A stretch of DNA of 63,558 bases, the filler included, from Candidatus Methanoxibalbensis ujae (GTDB lineage Archaea > Halobacteriota > Syntropharchaeia > Alkanophagales > Methanospirareceae), in NCBI GenBank assembly GCA_026134085.1. It is 7 parts of 7 records of this genome, joined end to end, with 100 filler letters (N's around TTAATTAATTAA, not from the genome) between each part and the next. Parts side by side here need not be neighbours in the genome. Positions count along the whole stretch, not along the records: positions 1 to 10,749 come from JAOQIN010000054.1; 6 more parts are not named here. The stretch is one strand, 5' to 3'. This document shows, piece after piece, positions 1 through 10,849 of the stretch. Under the pieces are notes generated by a model. That model searched no databases, had not been told where the DNA came from, and saw only the letters and a list, made by a program, of their open reading frames with translations. A program made the position numbers and the translations under genes. How positions within the stretch are numbered: the stretch's first letter is position 1; each line of letters starts with the position of its first letter.

Positions 1-402
1 CATCCAAAGCTCAGGCCAGTGGACACTCTTACAGAGGGCATATTTATAGCTGGGTGCTGTCAATCACCAAAAGACATTTCAGAAAGCGTGGCTCAGGCAT
101 CAGCAGCCGCTTCAAAGTGTGCAGAGCTGCTCTCGGGCAGTATAATAAAATCGCCTGAAATCGCGGCAGTGGATGCGCACGCATGCGCAGGGTGCGGTAT
201 CTGCGTTTCAGTGTGCCCTTTCGGCGCGCTGAGAATTTCGCCCGCGGGCAAAGCATACCCCGTGCGTGAATGCAAGGTGCTTGTTGATGAAATAACCTGC
301 AAGGGCTGCGGTTCATGTGCTGCCGCATGTCCTGCAGGAGCAATAACAGTCAATAATCACAAAAACAGGCAAATCCTCGCGCAGATAGATGCTTTATGCT
401 GA
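1..402 (+). CDS. hdrA: Heterodisulfide reductase subunit A, C-terminal fragment (5'-truncated at window edge)
   Basis: Frame is open from base 1 (HPKLRPVDT..GIFIAGCCQSPKDI). Two CxxCxxCxxxCP ferredoxin motifs and an ILAQIDAL end, typical of the HdrA C-terminus. Confidence 0.9.
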   Translation, partial: HPKLRPVDTLTEGIFIAGCCQSPKDISESVAQASAAASKCAELLSGSIIKSPEIAAVDAHACAGCGICVSVCPFGALRISPAGKAYPVRECKVLVDEITCKGCGSCAAACPAGAITVNNHKNRQILAQIDALC

Positions 403-415
403 AGAGATATATCAT

Positions 416-1513
416 TCAATCATTGACATTGAACCTCAACAGAGCAGCTACACCGCAGAGCCTGCTTAGTCTCTTTCCCGGCTCAAATTCTGTGCTCAAT
501 ATGATGACTTCGCTTTTTGTCTGTTCTGCGATGTGCATGATGTTCTCAACTCTTTTTCTCAGAGTTTCATCATCAGACATAAGGATGTCATCACTCAAAA
601 GAAGTGTTTCAACGGCGCCCAATTTCACGCAACGCTCAACATCATCAATTCCGTATGCTGCTTTTCCCCTGTCACCCTTGCTTATCTCCTCAAGCAACTT
701 GTCAAACATGCGTATTTCCCGCGAAAGTCTTTCTTCTGCGATCATCTTTCCGAGGATTCCGCGTTTCAGGAGTTCAAGGAAGCCGGAGGTGCCTATGCTT
801 GATATGTTTTCCTTTCTCGCTGTTATTTCAGGCGCTCTCTCACGCATGAATGCGAGGAACTCGTCTTTTATGAATCCGGGACCTGCAACTATCACAGATG
901 TGTGCTCACCTGAAGATGCGATTGCCTGTTTAAGCTGGCTGAGGACTTCACCGAAGAACTCTTTTCTCGTCTCACCTGCAACGCGCTTTCCTGAAGAGCC
1001 TTTAACAGAAAAAATCTCATCAACGCCATACTGATGAAGCATGCCTGCAACTGCTTCACCCTCTTCAATAGTGAGCAATATAACAGGCACTTCATATCCG
1101 CGTTCTGTCGCACGATTCAACCGCGCGATATGATGCTTCTTCCAACACTCTTTTATGATTGTGATCTTCATTTGAGTCTCAACATTTATCGTGTGATGCG
1201 AGCCCGTCTCATCCTCCAAACCGTGTTCTATGATGCCTTTCACACGCAGTCTCCGCGAGAACTTCTGAAATTCAACCTCTTTCACGCGGATGCTCAGCTT
1301 CACAGGTTTCTTCTCCGCCTTCTTCGGTCTTATCCTGTCCACACGGCGCTCCTCCGAGCGATATGTAACCGCAACAACAATATCGCCCGGTTCTATGAGA
1401 TGCCTGAGATGCCACAGGTCATCAAGTGTCTCAGCTATTAAAGTTATCTCCCCCCGCTTCTCACATCCCTCCGCCGGTGCACCCTCCGTCATGTCGCTGC
1501 TGAGAATTCGCAT
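416..1513 (-). CDS. pelA: Pelota/Dom34 ribosome-rescue factor
   Basis: Motifs ETLDDLWHL, RLRVKGII, HHTINV, AGPGFIK, AAYGIDDV, GVAALLRF. Start moved to ATG 1513 (MRIL). Confidence 0.95.
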   Translation of the reverse strand: MRILSSDMTEGAPAEGCEKRGEITLIAETLDDLWHLRHLIEPGDIVVAVTYRSEERRVDRIRPKKAEKKPVKLSIRVKEVEFQKFSRRLRVKGIIEHGLEDETGSHHTINVETQMKITIIKECWKKHHIARLNRATERGYEVPVILLTIEEGEAVAGMLHQYGVDEIFSVKGSSGKRVAGETRKEFFGEVLSQLKQAIASSGEHTSVIVAGPGFIKDEFLAFMRERAPEITARKENISSIGTSGFLELLKRGILGKMIAEERLSREIRMFDKLLEEISKGDRGKAAYGIDDVERCVKLGAVETLLLSDDILMSDDETLRKRVENIMHIAEQTKSEVIILSTEFEPGKRLSRLCGVAALLRFNVND

Positions 1514-1993
1514 TTCCCTCTGAAAGTCTCCCGCCGATTTGTTGTTTTCCCTCCGCAAATCTGACGCTGAATAAGCATCAAGCAACATAAATAATGAGGG
1601 ACCATCCGGTGACGGCGCCGGTGACGGCGGATATAAACTGTGAAAAAATGAAGCACAACGGAAATGCTATACTCTGATAAGATAAACCTCCAGACGAGAG
1701 ATCAGGATGTGTGAGGCGGATGATTTCGAACGGATTATACTGCTCTGAAAGGGAGAGTGAGAAATCTTGAAGTTTAAGGAGGAGAAAGGAGAAGAAGCTG
1801 GAACAGGTTCTGCAGGATGTTCGCTCAACATGGTGAGATGGTGTCATCAGAACACGCAAATCATGCTATAAATCATACTATAAGAGAGATGTGAAGAGGG
1901 ATGTGTGATTTTTAGAGGAATGCAGAACATCTTTTCAGACTATCCGCTGTTGATGAGAACAAGAACAGCAGAGCCGACACTGGAGGTGGTATT

Positions 1994-2980
1994 GTGATCC
2001 TGGTGACAGGTGGAACTGGATTTATAGGGAGCCATCTGGTTGAATCTCTGACGGGAAAAGGTTACAATGTCAGATGTCTTGTCAGAAAAACGAGCGATGT
2101 TTCTTTTTTGAAAGCGCTTGATGTGGAACTTATATACGGAGATATAATGGATGTGGATTCATTAAAATCCGCTGTCAGAGATGTAGAAATTGTATATCAT
2201 CTTGTTGGAGGAGGGAATGTGTCCTCAGTTTCCAGGAAAGATTATATAATACTCAGAAATTTGAATGTGCTCGGAACCAAAAACATACTTAAAGCATGCA
2301 TTCATCATGCAGATATCCAGAAATTCATACTTTTCAGCAGCATTTCAGCCATCGGAATTATAAAAAATGTTATTGTGAATGAGGAAACACGATGTCAACC
2401 GAGAACACCGCATGAACTGGCAAAATATGAGAGTGAGCAGGTCGCGTTGATGTTTTGTAAGAAGTATGGAATTCCTCTGTTGATAATTCGTCCGGCGCAG
2501 GTTTATGGTCCGAGAGATGTGAAATCTGAGATATTGAAGATGTGCAAATTGATAAAGAGGCATATGTTTCCTGTCATAGGCAGTGGAGAAAATGTGGTGC
2601 CTCTAGTATATGTGGAGAATCTTGTTCATGCTGCCATCCTGGCATGTGAGAGAGATGCTTCATCTGTTTACATAGTGACTGATGAATGGCGCACGATGAA
2701 TGAGATTGTGGAAGCATTCGCTAAGGAGTTAAATGTCAGAGTTTGGGGAGCTCATGTCCCCCCATTTGCAGCTAAGATATGTGTTGGTATGATTGAACAC
2801 ACATGCAGAATGCTCGGCATCACGCCTCCTTTCAACCTGAAGCGCTTGGAATCAATAACATCAAACCGCCTCTATGACATATCCAAGGCGAAAAGAGAGC
2901 TGGGCTACGCGCCTGAGGTGAGTTTTGAGGAGGGGATCAGACGAACTGTCAGATGGTATAAACAGCATGGCTACCTGTGA
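1994..2980 (+). CDS. NAD-dependent epimerase/dehydratase (extended SDR)
   Basis: ILVTGGTGFIG Rossmann motif. The YxxxK position reads HELAK. RBS GGAGGTGG upstream. Confidence 0.9.
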   Translation: MILVTGGTGFIGSHLVESLTGKGYNVRCLVRKTSDVSFLKALDVELIYGDIMDVDSLKSAVRDVEIVYHLVGGGNVSSVSRKDYIILRNLNVLGTKNILKACIHHADIQKFILFSSISAIGIIKNVIVNEETRCQPRTPHELAKYESEQVALMFCKKYGIPLLIIRPAQVYGPRDVKSEILKMCKLIKRHMFPVIGSGENVVPLVYVENLVHAAILACERDASSVYIVTDEWRTMNEIVEAFAKELNVRVWGAHVPPFAAKICVGMIEHTCRMLGITPPFNLKRLESITSNRLYDISKAKRELGYAPEVSFEEGIRRTVRWYKQHGYL

Positions 2981-2981
2981 A

Positions 2982-3758
2982 ATGATGAGGCGAATTTCGC
3001 TTGAGCATCTCCACCGGATAGCGTCCGCCGAAGGAGAAGGTCTTGGAACGGCATACGAGTATCTTGCAAAATGGAATTTGCTTGAAACAATATTTGATGA
3101 AATAGGCTATGAAAAAAATATTTTAATTGCAGGTCTGCCTGAAAAATATGGATTGAGCATGGATTTTGTTCTTTTTTCCCTGAAATATAGATCTCGCATA
3201 ACTGTAATTGATGAGCGTGATGAAGTATTGCGAAGGTTTGAGAAAGTATTGAAAATTCTGGGCGCGGAGGGGGATTCTGTGCGCTTGCGCTTGATTAAGG
3301 TGAACGATCTGTCTGAACTTGAGCCAGCAGTTGATATAATCGAGCATATAAAAATCAATAACAAATATGAGCTGTCGCTGTGCTGTGAGGTCCTGCAGAG
3401 GCTGCCTGAAGGAAGTCGTTTTGAATATATTGATCAGATAATCAAACTGGCTGAGAGAGCAGTTATATTTGTGCCCAACAGAGAGAACAGAATGCATGCG
3501 AGATTGAGCGGTCTTGATGCGTTGAGCATGGATGATCTTTTGAATCTGACGAGACATTACGGATATGTGGTTTCATGCGGATACATAGACATGCCCCCTT
3601 TCCCGCCCGGATTGAAATCAGGATGTGCGAAGAAAAATGCAACCTCTGTTATGAGGATGCTGGAAATATGGTGCGCTTTTGAAAACATGCTCCCCAAAAT
3701 TTTCAAGCGAAAGATTGCTCATATAGTATATGTATATCTGCGCTGTAATTCCTGCTGA
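2982..3758 (+). CDS. Hypothetical protein, possibly class I SAM-methyltransferase-like fold
   Basis: Long ORF directly after the epimerase. YELSLCCEVLQRL..AVIFVPN resembles methyltransferase post-motif segments; weak. Confidence 0.5.
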   Translation: MMRRISLEHLHRIASAEGEGLGTAYEYLAKWNLLETIFDEIGYEKNILIAGLPEKYGLSMDFVLFSLKYRSRITVIDERDEVLRRFEKVLKILGAEGDSVRLRLIKVNDLSELEPAVDIIEHIKINNKYELSLCCEVLQRLPEGSRFEYIDQIIKLAERAVIFVPNRENRMHARLSGLDALSMDDLLNLTRHYGYVVSCGYIDMPPFPPGLKSGCAKKNATSVMRMLEIWCAFENMLPKIFKRKIAHIVYVYLRCNSC

Positions 3759-3782
3759 CTTAATGCTCATGCCTGTTTTCGT

Positions 3783-4889
3783 TCATCTCATTTTCTCATA
3801 CAACTCGGCTACTTTTGCTGCGATGCTGTTCCAGTCGTAGTTTTTTACGAATTGCATGCCGTTTTTGCGCAGGGATGCATGCATATCCCCATCCGACAGC
3901 AGTTTTTGAATTGCGTCTGCAATTTTCTCCTCTGAAACCAGAAGACCGTTATAACCGTTTTTTATGACATCACATACGCCGCTTCCCTCAGCCTGAACCG
4001 CTATGGGCGGAGTGCCAGCTGCCATGGATTCCAAAAGCACGATACCCTGACCCTCCTTAACCGAGGGGAGCACGAGCACCCACGCTGATTTCATCACAGC
4101 GATCAACTTCTCCTCCGGCAGGAAATTGTAAAATCTCACATCCACATGTCTTGAGAGATTCATCAATCTTCGCCTCTGTGAGCCGTCTCCAACGATTATC
4201 AGCTCAGCATCCTTATACCTCCTCTTCAGAATTTTGTAGGCGTGTATCAACACATCCACACGCTTATGACGCTCCAATCTCCCAACATATAATATTCTGC
4301 CGTATCTTTTTTCAACTGAAATCTTTCTGAATTTCTCCAGATCCACACCATTTGATATCACAACCGTTTTCTTAGCGTCTGCATTCAACAGGTTTATCAT
4401 CCTCCTTCTCGTGGTATCGGATACAGCGATATTCATATCTGCAAGATTTGGAATCGGAAATTCCATAAAAAATGCCGGCAGCCCCATTATGGGATTCAGC
4501 AGATGAAAATTCTGCACATGCATAACCTCATGCCATGTCTCTATGAAAGGTATGTATTTGCGCCTTGCTATGATATATGAGACATATGCAGGCATCTTTG
4601 AGACGATATTGCAGTCTATAACATCATAATCATTCTTTCTCAAGCAATTAAAAAGATTAATACTGAATTTAACACCTGATCTATATGCACTTTCCGCACT
4701 TAATGCATCGAATTTACCATATCTGTGGACCAACATGCCATCCAATTCCTCCTCAGCATCGCCGTTCACACCCACAGTGTATATGTGAACTTCATTCTTT
4801 CTTGAAAGTCTTCTGCCTATTTCATAAAATCTTTTTCCGCTTCCCGCGATGATGGGTGGAAAAAGCAGCGTCACCATCGCTATTTTCAT
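3783..4889 (-). CDS. Glycosyltransferase family 4 (GT-B)
   Basis: Motifs ILYVGRLERHKRVD and PSVKEGQGIVLLESMAAGTP (Ex7E). Confidence 0.93.
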   Translation of the reverse strand: MKIAMVTLLFPPIIAGSGKRFYEIGRRLSRKNEVHIYTVGVNGDAEEELDGMLVHRYGKFDALSAESAYRSGVKFSINLFNCLRKNDYDVIDCNIVSKMPAYVSYIIARRKYIPFIETWHEVMHVQNFHLLNPIMGLPAFFMEFPIPNLADMNIAVSDTTRRRMINLLNADAKKTVVISNGVDLEKFRKISVEKRYGRILYVGRLERHKRVDVLIHAYKILKRRYKDAELIIVGDGSQRRRLMNLSRHVDVRFYNFLPEEKLIAVMKSAWVLVLPSVKEGQGIVLLESMAAGTPPIAVQAEGSGVCDVIKNGYNGLLVSEEKIADAIQKLLSDGDMHASLRKNGMQFVKNYDWNSIAAKVAELYEKMR

Positions 4890-5188
4890 CTTTTCAATTA
4901 AAGCAGCATTTCAGAAAAAAATTAGGCAAAATTCTATCGCCCGGACTTCCTCCGTTTTTGCAGTCCTCATATGAGGAATCAGACACTCTATTCCGCGGTC
5001 ACAAATCCTGCCGTCACGGGGGAGAAAGTGCAGGCTCATAGGACCGTGCTCATTGTTTGAAGCGAGCCCCCTCAACCCCATCAGATTCACGAAGATATGA
5101 GGTCACACACAGCCTTTCATCAGCAGTTCCATCCACACCACCTGGAGAATGCGCTGATGCGGGAATGCGCTGATGCGGAAATAAAAGG

Positions 5189-5680
5189 CTATCTTCTCAG
5201 CGGAGAAGGACCGAGTGCACGCACTTTATCTGTGAACTCCTGCATAACTTTTGCGAATTTCTCGCCTTCTGATGCCGAAATCCATTCCAGTCGCAGCCTC
5301 TCTGCGCCTATTCCGAGATACTCAAGTGCTTTTTTCACTTTCTCAACCCTTTTCTCTGCCTGCTGATTTCCTGATATATAATGGCAATCGCCTATGTGGC
5401 ATCCTGTCACGATAACGGCATCAGCACCTTGTTTGAACGCCTCCAATATGAATGCGGGTTCCACTCTGCCTGAGCACATCACGCGTATGATGTGAATGTT
5501 TGGCGGATATTTGTATCTGGAGACACCAGCGAGGTCAGCGCCTGCATAAGAACACCAGTTGCAGCAGAACGCGATGATAAAGGGCTCACTGTCATGTTTC
5601 TTCACTTCTCCTGTTTCCACCGCTCCTTTTTTTTTCTGTGAGCTTTTTCTCCTTCTGCTTTTGCCCTGCATCTCACCCAT
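5189..5680 (-). CDS. mvhD: Hydrogenase iron-sulfur subunit MvhD/FlpD
   Basis: FCCNWCSYAGADLAG, RVMCSGRV, GCHIGDCHY, WISASEG. Confidence 0.95.
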   Translation of the reverse strand: MGEMQGKSRRRKSSQKKKGAVETGEVKKHDSEPFIIAFCCNWCSYAGADLAGVSRYKYPPNIHIIRVMCSGRVEPAFILEAFKQGADAVIVTGCHIGDCHYISGNQQAEKRVEKVKKALEYLGIGAERLRLEWISASEGEKFAKVMQEFTDKVRALGPSPLRR

Positions 5681-5742
5681 TTTTTCTTTTTATCGCTTCT
5701 TCACTCCTTCATCCCATATGTGATCATCTGATCATCTGATCA

Positions 5743-6312
5743 TCAGCAGTCCTCTATGAGTCCGAGTTCCATCAATTTGTTGAGGAATGTGTTGACAGCA
5801 TATTCGCACTCCTCCTTTGTTTTTCCGCCTGTGATGACAAGTCTTCCTGAGGAGAACACGAGTATTGCGGTCTTCGGATCATCAAGCCTGTATACAAGAC
5901 CGGGAAAAACCTCGGGCTCATATTCCATACATTCCAATCCGAAACCTTCCACGATTGCGCTTATGTTGAGCTCCTGTTTCAGGTCTGCTGATGCGACTAT
6001 GTTCTGCACGCTGAATTCAGGATGTGGTGGCACCGCGTCACCTATCTCAGGAAGTGAACGGAGGTCTTCCGCGAGCTTGTCCATAGCTCTCCTCACCTCT
6101 TCTATGTTCTTCGCACCTGTGCATACGACTTTTCCCGACCGAAATATCAGGAAAGCCGCCTTAGGGTCCTTCGTCTGATAAACCAATCCCGGAAACTTCT
6201 TTTTCGTGAATTTCGCATTCTCCAGGTTCTCCTCAATATATTTCAAATCAAGCTCTCTCGCAATGCGAGCATTTGCTACCACATTTTCTATCCTTATTTC
6301 CACGCGCTCCAT
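5743..6312 (-). CDS. tbp: TATA-box binding protein
   Basis: Two TBP repeats (IENVVA..FPGLVY..IFRSGKVVCTGAK; VQNIVAS..YEPEVFPGLVYR..FSSGRLVITGGK). Confidence 0.97.
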   Translation of the reverse strand: MERVEIRIENVVANARIARELDLKYIEENLENAKFTKKKFPGLVYQTKDPKAAFLIFRSGKVVCTGAKNIEEVRRAMDKLAEDLRSLPEIGDAVPPHPEFSVQNIVASADLKQELNISAIVEGFGLECMEYEPEVFPGLVYRLDDPKTAILVFSSGRLVITGGKTKEECEYAVNTFLNKLMELGLIEDC

Positions 6313-6401
6313 ACTCCCTCACTTTAAGGCAGATACCTTAAATATTTAAAGGGAACCATTTCATATATCCAGCTTTTCATATCAGCTGGCGGTGTCGCGA
6401 G

Positions 6402-6836
6402 ATGAAAAAGCGAGTCAAGAAAATAAGAGGCACGAGAACATGCGGCGGCGGCTCTCACAAGAAACGAAGAGGGAAAGGCAGCAGAGGCGGGAGAGGAAAT
6501 GCAGGCACATTCTCAAGACACTTCATCAGGTCTCTTAAAGCGGGCATAAGGAAGGGTAAACACGGATTCGTCCGCCATCATCCACTCGCAACGGGAGAGC
6601 TGCGAACATTGAATGTCGGCGAAATTGAGGAGATGCTTGACGATCTCATAGCAGCCGGTGTGGCTGAAATGCGTGATGATGGCTCTGTGTTTGTGGATGC
6701 TGATGCACTCGGCGTTGATAAAATACTTGGCAGTGGCAGAGTCAGCACTAAAATTGTTGTGAAAGCTGCTAAAATCTCCAAGACAGCGCAGGAAAAGATA
6801 GAAAGTGCGGGCGGAAAATGCATATGTGATGTGTGA
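6402..6836 (+). CDS. rpl15: 50S ribosomal protein L15 (uL15)
   Basis: RGTRTCGGGSHKKRRGKGSRGGRGNAG, KILGSG, AQEKIESAGG. Confidence 0.95.
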   Translation: MKKRVKKIRGTRTCGGGSHKKRRGKGSRGGRGNAGTFSRHFIRSLKAGIRKGKHGFVRHHPLATGELRTLNVGEIEEMLDDLIAAGVAEMRDDGSVFVDADALGVDKILGSGRVSTKIVVKAAKISKTAQEKIESAGGKCICDV

Positions 6837-6839
6837 TGC

Positions 6840-7415
6840 TCATCCGAAGTGCCTCTCAAATACATTCCGTATGTCCTCAGGCTTTTCAATGAGCGTCACA
6901 CCTTCCATGCTCGCGAGCTTCTTGGCATTTTCAGCATCCTCTTTCCTCACGCGTATCTTGAGCTCCTCTCCCGATGGGATCCTTGTGACTGTGATGCCCT
7001 CTCTGTAGTCTGAAGGCATTATATAAACAGGAACAAAAGCCTTTAGAGCCATAAGCGCAGCGTTCGTTATAAGCGTGTCGGCAATCCCCACAACCAGTTT
7101 CGCAACAGTGTTTGCGGTGGCAGGAGCAATTATGAGAAATTCAAACTTTCCAGACTGAAGCTGTCCCGCGAGAAAGGGAGAATTCGCATCTCTCTCAACA
7201 TGCATTTTCCTTCCAAAACGATTCCTGAGATCATTCTCTATTCTGTAGTATTTGAGCACCTGAAGCCCTGATTTTGAGAGATAAACACTTATATCAACTC
7301 TGTCCTCATATTCCTCGCGCAGCGCATTCATCACATCCACAGTCTCCAAAATCCTGTCTCCACTGCCCGTGATGCCCCATGCAACCCTCTTCAGCCTCCT
7401 CTCACTCACTTCCAT
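6840..7415 (-). CDS. afpA: Archaeoflavoprotein AfpA (flavoprotein/HFCD family)
   Basis: VAWGITGSG, ANSPFLAG, APATANTVAK..GIADTLITN. Start set at ATG 7415. TATA-like TTATATAA about 50 nt upstream. Confidence 0.85.
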   Translation of the reverse strand: MEVSERRLKRVAWGITGSGDRILETVDVMNALREEYEDRVDISVYLSKSGLQVLKYYRIENDLRNRFGRKMHVERDANSPFLAGQLQSGKFEFLIIAPATANTVAKLVVGIADTLITNAALMALKAFVPVYIMPSDYREGITVTRIPSGEELKIRVRKEDAENAKKLASMEGVTLIEKPEDIRNVFERHFG

Positions 7416-7751
7416 AGGTCCTCCTCCCGCCCCTCCAACATCACCAGTTGAGAAATTGGTCTTCTTATATAACAAGGAAATGGATGTCCTGCTTCTGGTT
7501 GAAGCTGTGACAAAACCGGCCCTGACTGTCCTCCGAGACATGTCACAACCTCTGTGTGAACCTCGCTCAGCGATGAAATCCGACAGAACCGGTCGCGGCG
7601 AGTTCGGCGAGTGAGAATGCTCGTCTGAGAAGGGGTTAAGGAACATTTGAGGGCAACGGCATTTTTAAAATGCGAGGAACATTATCAGTTCAGCATGGAT
7701 TATGCGGGTGCACTGTATGTCGGCGTGCGAGGAGAGAGGAGAGATGCTGTT

Positions 7752-10466
7752 ATGGAGGACAATGCGTGCCACATATTTCTTGTTCCGCACACGCATTATG
7801 ATGCGATCTGGGTGCTGACGAAGGAGGACTATTTTTACATAAACATCGTTCTCATACTGCGAGAAGTTGTTGCGCTGCTCAGGAGGTCACCTGAATACAA
7901 GTTTTTGATTGAGCAGACATTCCTGCTTGAGGAGGTTGAGCGGCGATATCCCCGATTATATGAGGATCTGCGGAGGTTCATAAGAGAGGGCAGAATAGAG
8001 ATTGCGGACGGAGAGTATCTTATGCCTGACACCATGCTTCCGCAGGAGGAAACGCTTGTCCGTGAGATTTTGGTTGGAAAGCGATATGTGCGTGAGAAGT
8101 TCGGCGTTGATGTTGAGGTTATGTGGCAGGCGGATGCATTTGGATTGAATGCGCAGCTCCCTCAGATATACAGGAAATCCGGATACAGATATGTGGCGTT
8201 CAGGAGGGGTTCGCCTGAGAGGAAGCCATCTGAATTTCTCTGGGAGGGTATTGATGGAACGAGGATACTCGCGCACTGGATGCCGCTCGGATATCGTGCG
8301 GGTCTCGACCTGACGAGGCTTGATGAGAGCTACAATGTGCTCAGAGAGCTTGCAGCAACTCCCAACATACTGATGCCATCCGGTAGTGGGGGCATGCTTC
8401 CGCAGCCCGAGACAATTGATGTGGTTCATGCGTGGAATGAGAAGAATCCCGAGGTGAAGATGCGCATCGCAACTCCATCTGAGTTCTTCCATGCGCTTGA
8501 AAAATACATAAAGGAGCATGGTGTTCAGCTTCCGATAAGAAAAGGCGAGATGTATTCGGGCAGGTATTCAATGGTGTTTCCCAGCTGCTCTTCGAGCCGA
8601 ATGTGGCTCAAGCTCGGTCTCCGCAAGTATGAGAGCAATCTTCTCTGCTGCGAGCGATGGGCTACTGTTCTCCACATACTCAGCGGTTACTATCCCTCAG
8701 ATGAGCTCAACGACTGCTGGCGAATGATACTGTTCACTGCATTCCACGATGTCATACCGGGAACCGGGATGGACGAGGGATACAAGGAGGTGAGGAGAAA
8801 CTTCGGATATCTTGAGACAAAGCAGTCCGACATATTTCCGGGATTGCTGCGCGAGGTTGTGAGCGAACTTCGCCGCGTGGGCGGCGGCATATCCTCAGCA
8901 AGCAGGCGCATAATTGTGTTCAATCACCTTTCATGGGAGGTGAGGAACTGGGTTGAAGTGGAGCTGAGCTTCAAGCGCGGTGAGATACTCAGCATAAACG
9001 GCTTGAGACCTCTCGGCACAGAAAATGAGAGATCTCCGGAGAATCCGGAGAAATCACCGCATGAGAGATCACCGCAGGAGCGGGAGGAAGTGATAGATGT
9101 TGAGATAATGAAGTTCTCAAGATATGAGGATGAATCCCTGAGATATGCGAGGATAGGATTTGTCGCCTCTGTTCCTCCTATGGGATACAGAGTATATGAG
9201 GTTGTTGAAGATGTGCCTGAGCAGCGGCGTGATAAAAAGCAGCGTGATAAAAACTTCATCAGAATTGTCGGAAACACCATAGAGACTCGCTTTTTCAAGT
9301 TGCGGATAGATCCTGAGCATGCGTTAATAGATGTGCTGATGCCTGACAATGAAGTGTTGTGCATGTGGGGAAATGACATTGTCCTTGAGGAAGAGGCGGG
9401 CGACTTATATTATCACAGGCAGAGCGCGGATACACCGCTTAAGACAGAAAGCGGTGATGGTCTTGAGTTCGGATCGTTCAGAGTGGAGAACTTCCGCATA
9501 GTGAAGAGCCCTCTCAGGAGAGTGGTGAACTTTGAATCCCGTTATTACTCGCTGAGATGGCCATATAAACTGACTCACAAGTTTGAGCCCATAATCTGGA
9601 GACACAATTTCCTGACATGCATAAAGAAGATAATCGTGTATAAGGACATACCGCGCATTGATTTCATCACAACCATAGAGGACAAACATCCGCGTGCGAG
9701 AGTGCGTGTCAGGTTTCCGACAGCAGTGAGATCATCTGAATACACATGCGAATGCCAGTTCGGCGCAGTGAGAAGACCGACAGACATGTTCTATTTCGGT
9801 AAGCGCCTCTCATCCGCTGATAAGTGGGAGGAGGAGCCAACTGGCATATTCCCGTCGCTTCGCTGGATAGATTATTCCGATGAGAAAAAGGGGCTGACAG
9901 TGATAAACAGGGGAATTCCTGAAAATGAGATAAGAGACTGCTGCATATACCTGACACTGCTGCGAAGCGTTTTCATGCTGTCCTCAGACGGCAAAACAGG
10001 CCCTGCAATTCCAGTTCCAGAGGCGAGAGAGCTCCGGAGATATGTGTTCAAATATGCGCTTTATCCTCATAAAGGAGACTGGAAGGATGCAAAATCTTTC
10101 AAACACGCATATGAGTTCAATTACGACTTCGTGGCATTTCAGATGAATGATGAGATGATGGCAAACGGAATCCCTCCAGCTTTCTCCTTCCTCAGCATAG
10201 CTCCCGAAAATGTCATACTGACAGCATTTAAGCGCGCTGAAGACGGCAACGCTGTCATTCTCAGATTCTATGAGGCTGAAGGAGAGAAAACCAAAGCCAA
10301 AATAACGCTTTTCAAACAGCCCAAATCTGTTGAGGAAGTGAACCTGATGGAAGAACGCTGCGATGAACTCCTATCATCCGATGAGAGAGAGATGCATGTG
10401 AATGGAAAGGAGATAACGCTCAACGTGAGACCATTTGAAATCGTCACGCTCAAACTGACATTCTGA
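7752..10466 (+). CDS. Glycoside hydrolase family 38 (alpha-mannosidase-like)
   Basis: PHTHYDAIW (Zn-binding HxD), WQADAFG nucleophile region, FHDVIPGT, C-terminal LTAFKRAEDG..LRFYE..PFEIVTL. Confidence 0.92.
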   Translation: MEDNACHIFLVPHTHYDAIWVLTKEDYFYINIVLILREVVALLRRSPEYKFLIEQTFLLEEVERRYPRLYEDLRRFIREGRIEIADGEYLMPDTMLPQEETLVREILVGKRYVREKFGVDVEVMWQADAFGLNAQLPQIYRKSGYRYVAFRRGSPERKPSEFLWEGIDGTRILAHWMPLGYRAGLDLTRLDESYNVLRELAATPNILMPSGSGGMLPQPETIDVVHAWNEKNPEVKMRIATPSEFFHALEKYIKEHGVQLPIRKGEMYSGRYSMVFPSCSSSRMWLKLGLRKYESNLLCCERWATVLHILSGYYPSDELNDCWRMILFTAFHDVIPGTGMDEGYKEVRRNFGYLETKQSDIFPGLLREVVSELRRVGGGISSASRRIIVFNHLSWEVRNWVEVELSFKRGEILSINGLRPLGTENERSPENPEKSPHERSPQEREEVIDVEIMKFSRYEDESLRYARIGFVASVPPMGYRVYEVVEDVPEQRRDKKQRDKNFIRIVGNTIETRFFKLRIDPEHALIDVLMPDNEVLCMWGNDIVLEEEAGDLYYHRQSADTPLKTESGDGLEFGSFRVENFRIVKSPLRRVVNFESRYYSLRWPYKLTHKFEPIIWRHNFLTCIKKIIVYKDIPRIDFITTIEDKHPRARVRVRFPTAVRSSEYTCECQFGAVRRPTDMFYFGKRLSSADKWEEEPTGIFPSLRWIDYSDEKKGLTVINRGIPENEIRDCCIYLTLLRSVFMLSSDGKTGPAIPVPEARELRRYVFKYALYPHKGDWKDAKSFKHAYEFNYDFVAFQMNDEMMANGIPPAFSFLSIAPENVILTAFKRAEDGNAVILRFYEAEGEKTKAKITLFKQPKSVEEVNLMEERCDELLSSDEREMHVNGKEITLNVRPFEIVTLKLTF

Positions 10467-10749
10467 TTGCTCTCATAACGGTCGGGAAAGCGTAAACAAA
10501 CAAAAAAAGAAAGAAGGAAAAATTTTCTTCTCAAATAAAACAAAAGAAGAAAGAAAAAAGTGTCAAAATAAAAAAAAATAAAGGCACTTCCCCTTCAAAG
10601 GAGGGGGAGGAGGTTTTAAGGGAGGGAGTTTGGGGTAACAGGAGAAGGAGATACGGAAGCGGATGCGTCTTTCTTCCGGAGATGATTGTTTCTGAGGAAA
10701 AAGAGGTGGAGAGAAGGGATCAAAACTGCGGTTCCTTAAATGTATGGGG

Positions 10750-10849
10750 NNNNNNNNNNNNNNNNNNNNNNNNNNNNNNNNNNNNNNNNNNNNTTAATTA
10801 ATTAANNNNNNNNNNNNNNNNNNNNNNNNNNNNNNNNNNNNNNNNNNNN
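10750..10849. other. Artificial contig spacer
   Basis: N-run flanking TTAATTAATTAA (stop codons in all frames), 100 nt. Confidence 0.99.

Noticed and set aside
4935..4960. GAGGAAGTCCGGGC (minus strand) resembling RNase P RNA conserved region I
   Set aside because: No room downstream before the GT4 gene and no matching 3' P4 strand seen. The surrounding 4900-5180 spacer remains unexplained.
10750..10849. Recurrent TTAATTAATTAA within N-runs (six times) as a biological repeat
   Set aside because: Identical 100-nt artificial contig spacers. For the same reason, C and D are not a tandem integrated provirus.
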